Below are positions 38,225 to 50,019 of a stretch of DNA of 64,000 bases, one piece after another. Position 1 is the stretch's first letter. Every line of letters starts with the position of its first letter. Both the position numbers and the translations under genes were made by a program. This DNA comes from Octopus sinensis (lineage: Eukaryota), in the NCBI RefSeq assembly GCF_006345805.1, contig NC_043019.1, positions 2,480,001-2,544,000 on the forward strand, given 5' to 3'. The notes under the pieces were generated by a model. That model was given only the letters and a program-made list of their open reading frames with translations, did not search any database and was not told the DNA's origin.

Positions 38225-38830
38225 TATTGGTTTCAAATTTTGGCTCAAGGCTAGCAAGTTCGGGTGAGTGTGTAAGTCGATTGCATTAGCCCCAGTACTC
38301 AGCCAGTAATTATTTTAGCAACACTGAAAGGATGAAGGGCAAAGTCGACCCCGGTGATATTTCAACTCAAAACGTGAAGACGGACGAAATGCCGCTAAGC
38401 ATTTTACTCGGCGTGCAAACGATTCTTATTTCTTTATTGCCCACAAGGGGCTAAACATAGAGTGGACAAACAAAGACAGACAAACGGATAAAGTCGATTA
38501 CATCGACCCCAGTGCGTAACTGGTACTTATTTAATCGGCCCCGAAAGGATGAAAGGCAAAGTCGACCTCGGCGGAATTTGAACTCAGAACGTAGCAGCAG
38601 ACGAAATACCTATTTCTTTACTACCCACAAGGGGTTAAACACAGAGAGGACCGACAAACGGATTAAGTCGATTACATCGACCCCAGTGCGTAACTGGTAC
38701 TTAAATTTATCGACTCCGAAAGGATGAAAGGCAAAGTCGACCTCGGCGGAATTTGAAATCCGAACGTAACGGCAGACGAAATACTGCTAAACATTTCGCC
38801 CGGCGTGCAAACGATTCTGCCAACTCAATG
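38225..38830 (-). mobile_element. Family A SINE trimer: a 374-bp double-body unit nested in an older SINE with an 18-bp duplication
   Basis: Three bodies; CGGCGTGCAAACGATTCT is identical at 38409-38426 and 38801-38818. Confidence 0.85.
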
Positions 38831-39449
38831 CCCCTAAACCGTGACACATATTGCAAATTATTCTATCTGGTGCTCGACCACTTCGCCGCCCACTTACAAA
38901 TGTAGGCGGAATTAATTAGAAGTCTTCACAAAATACATGATTATTGATTTTTGAGGTAATAACTAACAAGCAAAATGCTTAGTTTATTATGTTAGTTGAT
39001 ATTTATCACATTAAGTCTTTCAAAGACCACATATGGTTTTTATATTCGTCCCTAAAGTATTTATACGCACTCATTAACTAGTCTTTGACATTACCCGAAA
39101 TATATAGTGTAATCATTGTCCTTAATGACCGCTACGATTATTCTGTAAGCATTAAGGAGATTAGTGGAATATATTTAAAAGTTACACAAAAACAGACAAA
39201 TGTCATCTGTAAAGTGGGTAAATAGTAAACTTTTTTAAAATTCCTAATTAATACTAAAGCGTATGAAGAGTTTCATAGGGCTTTATTGACATAGGTTTTT
39301 GAATTAGTTATTAGCTAAACTATTTGAACAGTGGTGGAAGCATTCGATGGCGTGCTGATTAAACCAAACACTCTTCTTGTAGCTGGTATATATTTAAAAA
39401 TAATTAAACGATGACAAGATACAGGAGTGCACAGACACGCATATACACT

Positions 39450-39455
39450 CTCTTT

Positions 39456-39497
<42 letters not shown>
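39450..39497. repeat. (CT)n microsatellite
   Basis: Direct reading. Confidence 0.9.
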
Positions 39498-39499
<2 letters not shown>

Positions 39500-40353
39500 C
39501 ATGTATACCTACACATATTTACACATGTTCCCACGTGTATATTGCAAAGGCGTTCTTGTCAATATGTCGTATGTTTATAAACATATTTAAAGTCAATTCA
39601 TTTGCTCATTTATACACGAAAGTAATACTATGCATATGTGGATAAACATATACATTAAGGGACCCCAAGCTGGCAATATACGAAGATTTAGTGTGAAACC
39701 AATCATTAGGGAATTTCGGGGTTTCTCACGGTTGAATACGTTCTCCGCATGTCATCCCTTACCAATATGATTTGCAGAACTAAAATAGCTCTAAGCAATG
39801 CATCAGGAAGAAGTCATGAAGATAAAATTCATTTTCGTTTTAGTATAAATGGGCGAGTGTTTAAGATGTTCGCTTCTTAAACCCTCGCCTAAGCGGCTCT
39901 ACAGCGTACGCATGTTCTCATCGACCTAAGTTTTGTGAATGGAACTAGGAAGACAGCCGCAGTACTGAAGCCTGATATCTAAGTAGACACACACCACATA
40001 CATACATATATACATAGATACATACATACATACATATATATATATATATCTTGACGTATATTTGCCATTTGAATATGGCTAACCCCTAAGGGTGGATGCT
40101 ACTGTAGTTTGTAGCCCCAGGAGGACACCTCCTCCAGCTGGCTATAGACACACATTCTGTGCCCTATCAGTATTTGCAAAAGGAAGCCATCCTTCCCGTC
40201 TTCAACTTATGATACACACGGACCCGAGTTTCAGGGTATTGACCCGTTATCGGCGTGTGACAATCATAGTTGTCGATGAGATGTCGGTTCCCTTCACAAA
40301 TACATATACTTTTTCCAGTATCGATTGACACTGATATTGAGAAAATATATATA

Positions 40354-40530
40354 TCTTGTTTCAGTCATTTGACTGCGGTCATGCTGGGGTACGGCCTTGA
40401 AGGGTTGTTTTTAGCCGAATAAATTGACCCCATGACTTCTTTTTAAGCCAAGTACTTATTCTATATTACGGGGACGTAAACACACCAACACCGGTTGTCA
40501 AGCGGTGGTAGGGAACACACACATTTATAT

Positions 40531-40587
<57 letters not shown>

Positions 40588-40706
40588 CACACACACACAG
40601 GATTCTTTCAGTTTCCCTCTACCAAAGGTTCCACGCAGTGAGACTGAACCCGAAACCATGTGGTTAGGAAGCAAGCTCTTACCACACAGCCACTCTCCAG
40701 CGCCTA
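40354..40706 (-). mobile_element. Family B SINE with an expanded internal (AT)n/(AC)n
   Basis: Reverse complement of the 3' half, about 85 bp of microsatellite, then a partly deleted central block and the tRNA head (GAACCCGAAACCATGTGGTT..CGCCTA). Confidence 0.8.
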
Positions 40707-40709
40707 TTT

Positions 40710-40960
40710 TCAGTGGCGGACTGGCCAGGTTGCCAGCTTGCCCGATGGAAAGTGGGCCCCTGCACCATTAGGATCCATATATGGGGGCCCATACCATCAA
40801 GTTTGAGAATTTTTTTATTGACTCCTGGAAGAATGCATTGTTTCAGCCTGGCTGTGTTTGTAGACAGTTGAAAAGAATAATTTTAACAAAAAACAAAATA
40901 TAAAAGATGAGAGCATTGTAAGTTGCGGGTGCCCCCCCCCCTTTCTAGTCGCAATTACCT
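40710..40960 (+). mobile_element. Possible hAT-type MITE end
   Basis: Begins CAGTGGCGGACTGGCCAGG..GGGCCCC, resembling hAT MITE termini; the matching end was not found. Confidence 0.35.
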
Positions 40961-41158
40961 ATATATATATTGGCGCGGGGTGTATAAATATGCGTTTGTG
41001 TCTGTATATTTTATTTTTGTTTTACTTGGACTTTAACTATGCCGGGGCATCTCCTTCAAGTGTTTAGCCCAGCAAACTGACTCCAGTATTTATTTTTAAC
41101 TCTGGTACTTATTTTATCGGTCACTTTTTGTCGAACTGGTACGTTGAGGAGATGTAAA

Positions 41159-42370
41159 CGTTATAAACTATTTCACAAAGCAACTATAAATACTTTTAGA
41201 TTTTAGTTCATATATAATAATTATAAGAATAATTAACTATAAATACGTATCTTAAATTATAATTAACAAAAAAAAATTAGAAATACATACTTTTTAATCA
41301 ATTATCATATAAACTTCCCCATTATTTCTTAAATAAAATGTATAAGTTAATTTTTCAAAGATATTTATGAACTAAAAAATATTTTAAATTAAAAACGTAT
41401 AACTTAGCATTTATATGTCTAGATCTAATGTTTCGCTTATTAAGGGAATAACGAAAGTACATATTATTATAATTAAATTCAATAGTAGAAAAAAATAAAA
41501 TCTTTTCACTACCTATACTATAATATTTTACGTTACAAACTATTTCACAAAGCAACCACACTTAATGCTTTTAGATCATAGTTCACATATTATAATTATA
41601 AAAATAAGAATAATTAAATAAATGTACGTATCTAGATTATAATTAACAAAAAATTTTAAAAAATTAAAAATTAGAAACCAATATTTTTTTTAATCAATAA
41701 GCATATGAATTGTATACTTATCTGTTCGAAGATATTTAAAAATTAACAGCGTATTACTTAGCGTTCTTAAATTTACTTTGTGAAAAAAGTACAAAATATT
41801 ATTAAATTCAATAGTACAAAAAATAATAACTTTTCCCTACCTGTACTATAATATTTTACGTTACAAACTATTTACAAATCAATCACACTTAATACTTTAA
41901 GATTTTAGTTCACATATAATAATTATGAAATAAGAATAATTAAATAAATGTACGTATCTAAATTATAATTAACAAATAAAGCAATTAGAAATCTATATTT
42001 TTTCAATCAATAAATATATAAATAAATGATCATACTTATCTTTCCGAAGATATTTATGAAATAAAATATAAAAAATTTCAAAACTAAAAACGTATTACTT
42101 AGTGTTTATAAATTTATTTATGAAAAAAGTACTTAGTATTATTATTATTAAATTCAATAGTACTAAATATAACAACTTTACACTACCTATACTAAAATAT
42201 TTTACGTTACAATCTAATTCACAAAGTAACCAAACTTAATACTTTTAGATTTTAGTTCACATATAATAATCATAATAATAATTAAATAAATGTACGTATC
42301 TAAATTATAATTAATAAATAAAAAAATTAGAAAACCATATTTTTCAATCATTAATTATAAAAAATCATAT
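41159..42370. repeat. Diverged AT-rich tandem repeat, about 3.5 units of 330-370 bp
   Basis: Anchor CGTTA(C/T)AA(A/T)CTA at 41159, 41531, 41859 and 42205, each followed by TTTTAG..TAGTTCA.AT and (T/G)TACGTATCT. Confidence 0.85.
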
Positions 42371-42449
42371 AGATCATATGCATTCCTTTAAGAATGGAAA
42401 TTTAATTAATTCTACTGGGCTCAGTAAATATATATGGCAACTTAAATAC

Positions 42450-42507
42450 AAACGAATTAAGTATATATATGTGTATATATGTTTGTGTGTGTGTATATGT
42501 TTATGTG

Positions 42508-42539
<32 letters not shown>

Positions 42540-42727
42540 AGTAGGTCTATATATATATATGTGTGTATATATGTATGTAAAAATGTGTATGTGTAGGTCT
42601 ATATATATATGTGCGTATATATGTATGTAAAAATGTGTGTGTGTGTAGGTCTATATATATATATATGTGTATATATGTATGTAAAAGTGTGTGTGTGTGT
42701 GTAGGTCTATATATATGTGTGTATATT

Positions 42728-42766
<39 letters not shown>
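42450..42766. repeat. Compound microsatellite containing a ~52-56-bp minisatellite (4 units)
   Basis: GTAGGTCTATATAT anchor at about 42541, 42593, 42645 and 42701. Confidence 0.85.
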
Positions 42767-42768
<2 letters not shown>

Positions 42769-42904
42769 AGAGTGTCAGAATGATGTAGACGCCACTGATG
42801 AGGACCCAATAAGATTTGAATATCGATTAAGGTTGTTCATCATATTTTGAGTCTGGGGAGAAATGGCTAAAATTTGCCCTGTTTATAATTACATCCTTTG
42901 TTAA

Positions 42905-43750
42905 AGAAACCCTCATGAAACTGAACTCCGCGTGAGCGTATTTCTTATGGGTGATTTCAACTTCCCCAACGTCAAATGGCACGTATGCCTCATGCTCTCA
43001 GGAATGACTTGTTGCAAACAAGCAAATATGGAGTCCCTACTCAACCTCACCAATGCCCTATTCATGAAGCAAGTTGTACTCTGACCAACTAGGGCGAATA
43101 GCATTTTGGATCTCTGCGTCACAAAAAATATGAACATCGTTTATGGTGAGTAACTGACGCCGACATTAGTCTCGGATCACAACATAATAGAACTGTCTAT
43201 GTATGGGCCGGAAGTAGCCAGACATACAGCCTAAAGGAAGCACCCCAAAATCTCTCCAATCTGAACTTCCACGAAGCAAACTGGACATCGATCCAAAAAG
43301 ATGATCCTCCGACAGAACTGGCCGAAATTACTCTCCACACTAGATATTAACATGAAACTAGAATATTTCATGTCTGGTAAGCAAACTATATGCCAGAAAT
43401 ATGTCCCAGAGCACAAAGCCAACACCAAAAAAAAACAAGGTTCCAAGGCAGAGGAGGATCCTCATGAGACGATAGACGAAGGTTTCAAATTGCCTCAACC
43501 AGCATGCCAAAATTAGCGAAACATCCTGCCTAAAAACAACACTGATGGAGATTGAAAAAAGCCTGCAACAATCCTATGTGACAAAGAAGCTTGGGTTATA
43601 AAAAACATTAAGTCAAACCCAAAGGCTTTTTCCCCATTATGCCAAAGGAACAGCCTCTGTACGCTGCAAGATAGGATCCCTCTTCCAAAAGGATGGATCC
43701 CTCACAGATAGTCCAACCAGGATCAGTGAGGTACTGAATGACCAGTAGTA
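42905..43750 (+). mobile_element. CR1-clade LINE fragment (C-terminal APE endonuclease and linker; pseudogene)
   Basis: LMGDFNFPNVKW, ILDLCVT, SDHNIIEL, NFHEANW, KNIKSNPKAFF and SEVLNDQ motifs across frameshifts. Confidence 0.8.
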
Positions 43751-43751
43751 T

Positions 43752-43926
43752 CCATATTTCAAAGGGCCAGCCTTTTCGTATTCTGTGTGATTGTTGAATC
43801 ACCCGAGAACTACGTTAAGTTTAACCAGTGTCTGTAGAGTGCTCAGCTATTTCCACGTTAATTTCATGAGCAGGCAATTCCGTTAACCGGATCAACTTGA
43901 ACACTCGTCGTCGTAACCGACGGAGT
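43752..43926 (+). mobile_element. Family C SINE tail type a
   Basis: GAGAACTACGTTAAG..GAGTGCTCAGC..CTCGTCGTCGTAACCGACGGAGT, matching 3960-4076. Confidence 0.7.
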
Positions 43927-44600
43927 TATAAGTAATATATGGACATACATTTGTATAAAGATGTACCAATATACTTGTATGTATACATTAGTGCGTGAGT
44001 AAATATGTATATATGTATGTGAACTTTATATTGAGCTATATTCCATCAATAGAAACGCATTTTTACTGCGATTTGCCTTGGATAAAATTTTCGCTTTAGG
44101 CAAAAAACGTAAACACATCTAAGTCATTTCAGAGTGCTCCCCTATCAGTCCCTATGGACTTGTAGATGCATTTCAAGCTTTTTGTGGTCTCTTAAGTGTC
44201 AGATGCCAGATATTTTATATTGGTTTCTTATAAGAAAGCTGTCTTCCAATCAACTTAGAATTGTCACGCTTGGTATCTTGTACTGAATAAAGCAAAAAGG
44301 CTGAGAAAGTGTCTACGACTCCACAGGGAGTGCCCTGAATAGACTTTAGTGTATTTACACCACTCTGTTCGCTCTTCACTATCAAGAATGTCGACCCTTA
44401 TTCTGCAGTCGCCGATCGATAAATGTGCAAATCTCACCAGCCTGACCAATCTGGAAGATTGTAAGATTATAGTTGAATCCCTTTCCTTCAGTCTGAACAC
44501 GAAACAAAAATTATATTACATCCATTAAAGACTATGAACTTGATACAATTTCATTGGCACTTAAAGTATTCAGTAAGTATTATAACTTTCACAAAGATAT

Positions 44601-44995
44601 AGGCGCAGGAGGGGCTGTGTGGTAAGTAGCTTGTTTACCAACCACATGGTTCCGGGTTCAGTCCCACTGCGTGGCACCTTCGGCAAGTGTCTTCTACTAT
44701 AGCCTCGTGCCGACCAAAGAAGCCTTGTGAGTGGATTTGGTAGACGGAAACTGAAAGAAGCCTGTCATATATATGTTTATATATGTGTGTGTGTGTGTGT
44801 GTGTTTGTCCCCCTAGCATTGCTTGACAACCGATGCTGGTGTGATTATGTCCCCATTACTTAGCGGTTCGGCAAAAGAGACCGATAGAATAAGTATTGGG
44901 CTTACAAAAAGAATAAGTCCCGGGGTCGATTTGCTCGATTAAAGGCGGTGCTCCAGCATGGCTGCAGTCAAATGACTGAAACAAGTAAAAGAGAG
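44601..44995 (+). mobile_element. Family B tRNA-derived SINE, full length, with an internal (AT)(GT) microsatellite
   Basis: Head GGCGCAGGA..TGTGTGGTAAG, B-box GGTTCAGTCCC, central block, ~40-bp microsatellite, and 3' half ending GACTGAAACAAGTAAAAGAG. Confidence 0.9.
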
Positions 44996-45419
44996 TAAAT
45001 GGAGAGTGTACCATTACACTCCAACTTCCAGTCAATAGAAGTGCTGTCTTTTCTATCCAGCTGTCTTAACTGTCTTTTGTACCACTATTACACAGTGCAC
45101 TCTGCTCCTCTGAGATAGCTGCTCTTGGTTCAGCTTTCCTTCTCTAGTCACCCATATTGTGCTCAAATAATCACTCACCAAGCTCCATTATACAGTCCTT
45201 CCTTTTCAGAAGGTCAATCTTTTGGAATTTCCACCTTGAACATATTGTCCCACAGTTGTAAGGTAGACCTGTTTTAGATCAGCAGGTTTGTCTAATGTTT
45301 CAGATAACCCGAGGTCATGGCCAGTGATGTACGTGTGCATTTGAGGCGATGATATTTACTCACCTCCTCTCTTAAAATTGCTGTCCTTGTGCCAAAATTT
45401 GAAATTACTGCTACTACTA

Positions 45420-45660
45420 CTAAAGCGGCGAGCTGGCAGAATCGTTACCGCGCCGGGCAAAATGCTTTGCAGCATTTCGTCCGTCTTTACGTTCTGAGTT
45501 CAAATTCTGCCGAGTTTGCCTTTGCCTTTTATCTTTTCAGTCTCGATAAAATATGTTCCATTTGAGCACTGGAGTCGATGTGATCGATTAGCCAGCTGCA
45601 ATACCCTACCCCCACCCCACCCCCTGACCTTACTGGCCTTTTGCTAAAGTTAGAAAACCT
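45420..45660 (+). mobile_element. Family A SINE monomer
   Basis: AAAGCGGCGAGCTGGCAGAATCGTTACC head after a (CTA)n tail-like run. Confidence 0.8.
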
Positions 45661-45849
45661 CTACACTCTGCTTACCATTTCAGTGAGTAGTGGAAGGAGT
45701 AAAATCCGCTAAAATAAGAGCAGTCAGTATATTGCTATTACCTGAGAATGAGAAAGTCAGACATACCACCAAGACCATAAAGGAGCTGCAAGAAATAGAC
45801 GCTTCAGGAATCTACAAAAGAAGCAGAAATATGCTGAAAGCACCAAGAC

Positions 45850-46740
45850 ATTGTGGGAGTTGTCTGTCAAGGATGACTAGGACTTAGCAACAACAGCACT
45901 AAGAGATGTAAAAATGCCAGTGACATGAAATTGCTCATAGCGCAAAGGATCATGATTCAGAAGAGGAAGATTGCCATATAAAAGCGGTTGGGTTTGCCCG
46001 CTGAGGTTTATGGATACGGTGGGATCAGGCATTTGACCGTTTTCTGTCCTGGAAAGAAAGTTGTCCTTCTTTTATGTACCATCGCTGACTTCTAACCAAC
46101 AATAAATAAGTTTAAAATGTTGAGTTAATAATAGGAACTGTCCTTCCAGCAGTGCGAAGCAACAGTTTGCATCCCGAACCACATTTTCACTGGATTCCTT
46201 AGGACACTCTGTGAAGGCTTATACAAGTGGAGACGTGACGAAGTTTTAACAAAAATTGTCAAATGAACTGATCTGCAGTGGTCTGAGGCCAACAAACAAT
46301 AGCTGTCACTACCTTTAGGTAGTCTCAATTCTTAAGGGAAGGTGATAAGGCCTTTAAGGAAAAGCAAATGTAGTGAACCCGTTTTCTATTTTACATCAAT
46401 CCTCAGACTTGCAGGGTAGATTTGTCTCTCTGGAAGAGGTAGCAGTAATATCGTTCAGACTAGGCATATTCCTGATACCCAGGAGCATTAAAACAATCAT
46501 TGGCGCTGAATTCATAGTGCTATGGAAAGAAAAACTTGACATGTCTCACCAGTTAAAGAGAACTAAACATCATGACTTAGCTGATGCAACTTTTTGTCAA
46601 AGGATGGCAAGCAACCTCATTTCCTATTGAAGTCGGTTGCCGCGGCTTTTCAGCAAGATGAGTACGCTATTTCCTGCAGAAGATCGGTTTGAAACAAAAA
46701 AAGCATAAAAATCCCACCGAAGAGATAGTAATAGCAACTG
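45850..46740 (+). mobile_element. HERO-like (R2-group, restriction-like endonuclease) non-LTR element, decayed C-terminus
   Basis: NHIFTGF..EGLYKWRRDEVL resembles HILxxC..QGRYxWRHDxVL; EFIVLWKE resembles ELTVPWEE; exact FPIEVGCRGF at 46620-46649. Confidence 0.7.
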
Positions 46741-46982
46741 AAAGGTGGTTCTGGTTAACCGTAGACCGCAGATGGAACCCTTCAGCAGGCGAACATCAAT
46801 TCAGTGCTCGCTGTTCCACTCGGATGATGCTTTTCGGCCACGGAACAAAATACTTGTGACCCTGAGATACAGAAGGGTTTCCAACATTGCCATTGCTTTA
46901 ATCATCATCAAGAAAGCTTGTAATATCATTAGGTCGGTCCTGCAGTTTCTGCATAGAATAAATGTATCTCTGAACTTTATTT

Positions 46983-47018
<36 letters not shown>

Positions 47019-47058
47019 ACCATGACTGCCTCATCTTGTTAGATGATAGCCGTCTCAA

Positions 47059-47509
47059 TACATCTGATGTCATTTCTTTGTAAGTGGCAAAAGCTTTTAC
47101 ACTACTTTTGCCACTCACTCGGTTACCCTAGTAGGTTCCAGTGACAAGCTTTATAAGATGTCTCGTACTATTTTGACTAAGTTTTATGTCAAAATCTTTC
47201 TCCTAAAAGAGCTGCCTTCCTAACTCCTGTCAGAAATAACGGGAGGCTACTCTATACCTGAGGAAATATATTCAACCCATAGATGGGACAAACACATTTC
47301 CCCAGGTATAGAGTAGCCTCCCGTTACTTTTGACAATGCTGTTAGGAAGGCAGCTCTTCTAGGAGAAAGTTTCTCTGACATAAAACTTACTGTCAAAGTA
47401 GTACGATACATCTTGTAATACTTGTCAAAGGAACCTACTAGGATGACTGAGTGAGTGGCAAGAGCGGTGAAAAAGCTTTTGTCACTTAAATAGGATGACT
47501 ACAGATGTA
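47059..47509. mobile_element. ~450-bp foldback/MITE hairpin
   Basis: Arms complementary along their length, e.g. perfect TAACGGGAGGCTACTCTATACCTG (47237-47260) / CAGGTATAGAGTAGCCTCCCGTTA (47303-47326); TA at both ends. Confidence 0.85.
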
Positions 47510-47519
47510 GTCATCTAAC

Positions 47520-49424
47520 TAGATGAGGCAATCATCGCACACACACATACACACACATCGTGAAATAAAGAAAGGAGTTACCTGTATCGTGATGTTTCGC
47601 ACCTGGTATCAAGATGCTCAATGCTCTATGAACACAGTACATTCTGAGATGGATAGCTGCAACAGAGACTACGAAGACGTAGCTAGCAGGAAGGGCCACA
47701 ACAGGCGTTTCTAACTGCGCCTGCAAGCTGGGGTTCATCCAACAGCTGCAGGACAAAGCGATGGAGGAGCCAAACAAATGAATCCGAGCTTTGGTGAAAG
47801 AGATGAATATTGGAGTTGCCCTTAGTGAATACCGTCGCTACCACTCGTACAGATCACGCAAGGGACAGATTCTGACAGCCAAGGCTAGGGAGAATCGCTT
47901 GAGGAAAGTAAAGATGATTTGGTTCTTCTCAGATGGACGAAACTTCTGCCAGAACCAGTTGCACAACATACAGAAGAATAGATGGCTTGCCTACAATCCA
48001 TGTGATGCCCCACATATAAAATTCACGTCCCCTCAAACTGTGATGGTCTTGGAACTTCTGCCAGAACCAGTTGAACAACATACAGAAGAATAGATGGCTT
48101 GCCTACAATCCATGTGATGCCCCACATATCATAAAATCCACGTCCTCTCAAACTGTAATGGTCTTGGAACTTCTGCCAGAACCAGTTGAATAACATACAG
48201 AAGAATAGATGTCTTGCCTACAATCCATGTGACGCCCCACATATCATAAAATCCACGTCCCCTCAAACTGTAATGGTCTTGGAACTTCTGCCAGAACCAG
48301 TTGAATAACATACAGAAGAATAGATGTCTTGCCTACAATCCATGTGACGCCCCACATATCATAAAATCCACGTCCCTCAAACTGTGATGGTCTTGGAACT
48401 TCTGCCAGAACCAGTTGAATAACATACAGAAGAATAGATGGCTTGCCTACAATCCATGTGATGCCCCACATATCATAAAATCCACGTCCCCTCAAACTGT
48501 GATGGTCTTGGAACTTCTGCCAGAACCAGTTGAATAACATACAGAAGAATAGATGGCTTGCCTACAATCCATGTGATGCCCCACATATCATAAAATCCAC
48601 GTCCCCTCAAACTGTGATGGTCTTGGAACTTCTGCCAGAACCAGTTGAATAACATACAGAAGAATAGATGGCTTGCCTACAATCCATGTGATGCCCCACA
48701 TATCATAAAATCCACGTCCTCTCAAACTGTAATGGTCTTGGAACTTCTGCCAGAACCAGTTGAATAACATACAGAAGAATAGATGTCTTGCCTACAATCC
48801 ATGTGATGCCCCAGATATCATAAAATCCACGTCCCCTCAAACTGTGATGGTCTTGGGTGTGTCTCCAGTAAGTGTAAAGTCATGCCGTACCACATTTTTG
48901 AACAGGTTCTTAGGCTCAAATCAGACGAGTGTGAAGCGGCTGGTGACTGTGGACAAACCCTGGCTGGAGACGGTTACTGCTGGAAAGCCAGATGCGATGA
49001 ATTAAAATTCAGTTCCTTACAATACCTCCTGAAAGAGTCGGAGGTGGTTGTCGGAGAATTTCTATAACTTCACCAGCCCCAATTTCTGGCCTCATCATTC
49101 CCCCAATTGTAATCCCATGTGTGGAGTGTGGTTGAGAAAGACACTAACCGCTCTGCCTGTAACACCAAGATCGAATTGGTGACCAAGATCAAGGAGGTGT
49201 TTGAAGATCCTTTCATGGACACAGTGAAGAATGCATGCACGAGGTTTCGGAGCCGTGTTGAGGTGGAAGCTGAGAGTGGCTACTTTGAATAAACTGTTAT
49301 ATTCAGTCACAATCCAATTGAAAATTTTTTATTTCTTTTTTTTTAATATATTTAATTTTTTGATGATATATAGCGTTTTTCTTTCCTTAATGCAAACTAT
49401 CAAATTTAACCCGACTACCCTGTA
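47520..49424 (+). mobile_element. Decayed maT/DD37D-like Tc1/mariner transposon with an internal tandem amplification
   Basis: IWFFSDG (first catalytic D region), QTVMVLG, FWPHHSPNCNPM and ACTRFRSR; right end ..CCCGACTACCCTGTA (TACAGGGT-type TIR). Left TIR not seen. Confidence 0.8.
47941..48856 (+). repeat. 8 x ~115-bp tandem repeat derived from transposase coding sequence
   Basis: Units start at 47941, 48053, 48168, 48283, 48397, 48512, 48627 and 48742 (AACTTCTGCCAGAACCAGTTG..GGTCTTGG). Confidence 0.95.
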
Positions 49425-50019
49425 GGTATATATATATTATTTATTTATTTATTTAAAGGTCACAATACATGTATTGAAGTGTTACAAATAGTTTCATGTG
49501 TTGAGAAAATTCTAACATATGATTTGCGCCTGAAGAATATATTAGAGTTTTCTCAACGTATGAAACTATTAGCAGCGCTTTGTTACATGTATTGTGACCT
49601 GTGAATAAATATTTATCTCTCACCAGATGGAGTACTTTTTTTTTGTTTAATTTTCTATCACGGAACAACACATTGTGTGTGTGTGTGTGTATGTATGTTT
49701 GTGTGTGTGTGTGTAGCAGTCAGAATTTCCAATTAACAGTTTCAAATTGTTTGATCATCAGGGCTTCCTGCTCATTGAATTAACGTGCAAGGCAGTCAGC
49801 GTGACACAGCTGAACCTTCTAATTGCTAGTTCAATCCATGCGACCGGCTTCTGCACAATTTTCCAACTGCACAACAATTTCACTCAAAAGTGTTCGGCTG
49901 AAGAAAGGCTGTAGTAAAGGACATTTGACGAAGGGACCACTCTGTCGCATTGACTCTGGTACTACTTCAGGTTGCTAAGCGAAATTTTCAAACGTTCAGC
50001 GAAGTTACGTCTACAAACA

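Noticed and set aside
42790-42830. CTGATGA..GAAT as a hammerhead ribozyme
   Set aside because: GAAA is mutated, stem II does not pair, and there is no proper stem III or cleavage triplet.
47941-48856. Regular repeat as a CRISPR array
   Set aside because: Units are contiguous near-identical 115-mers with no unique spacers, lie within a transposase, and there are no cas genes; the context is eukaryotic.
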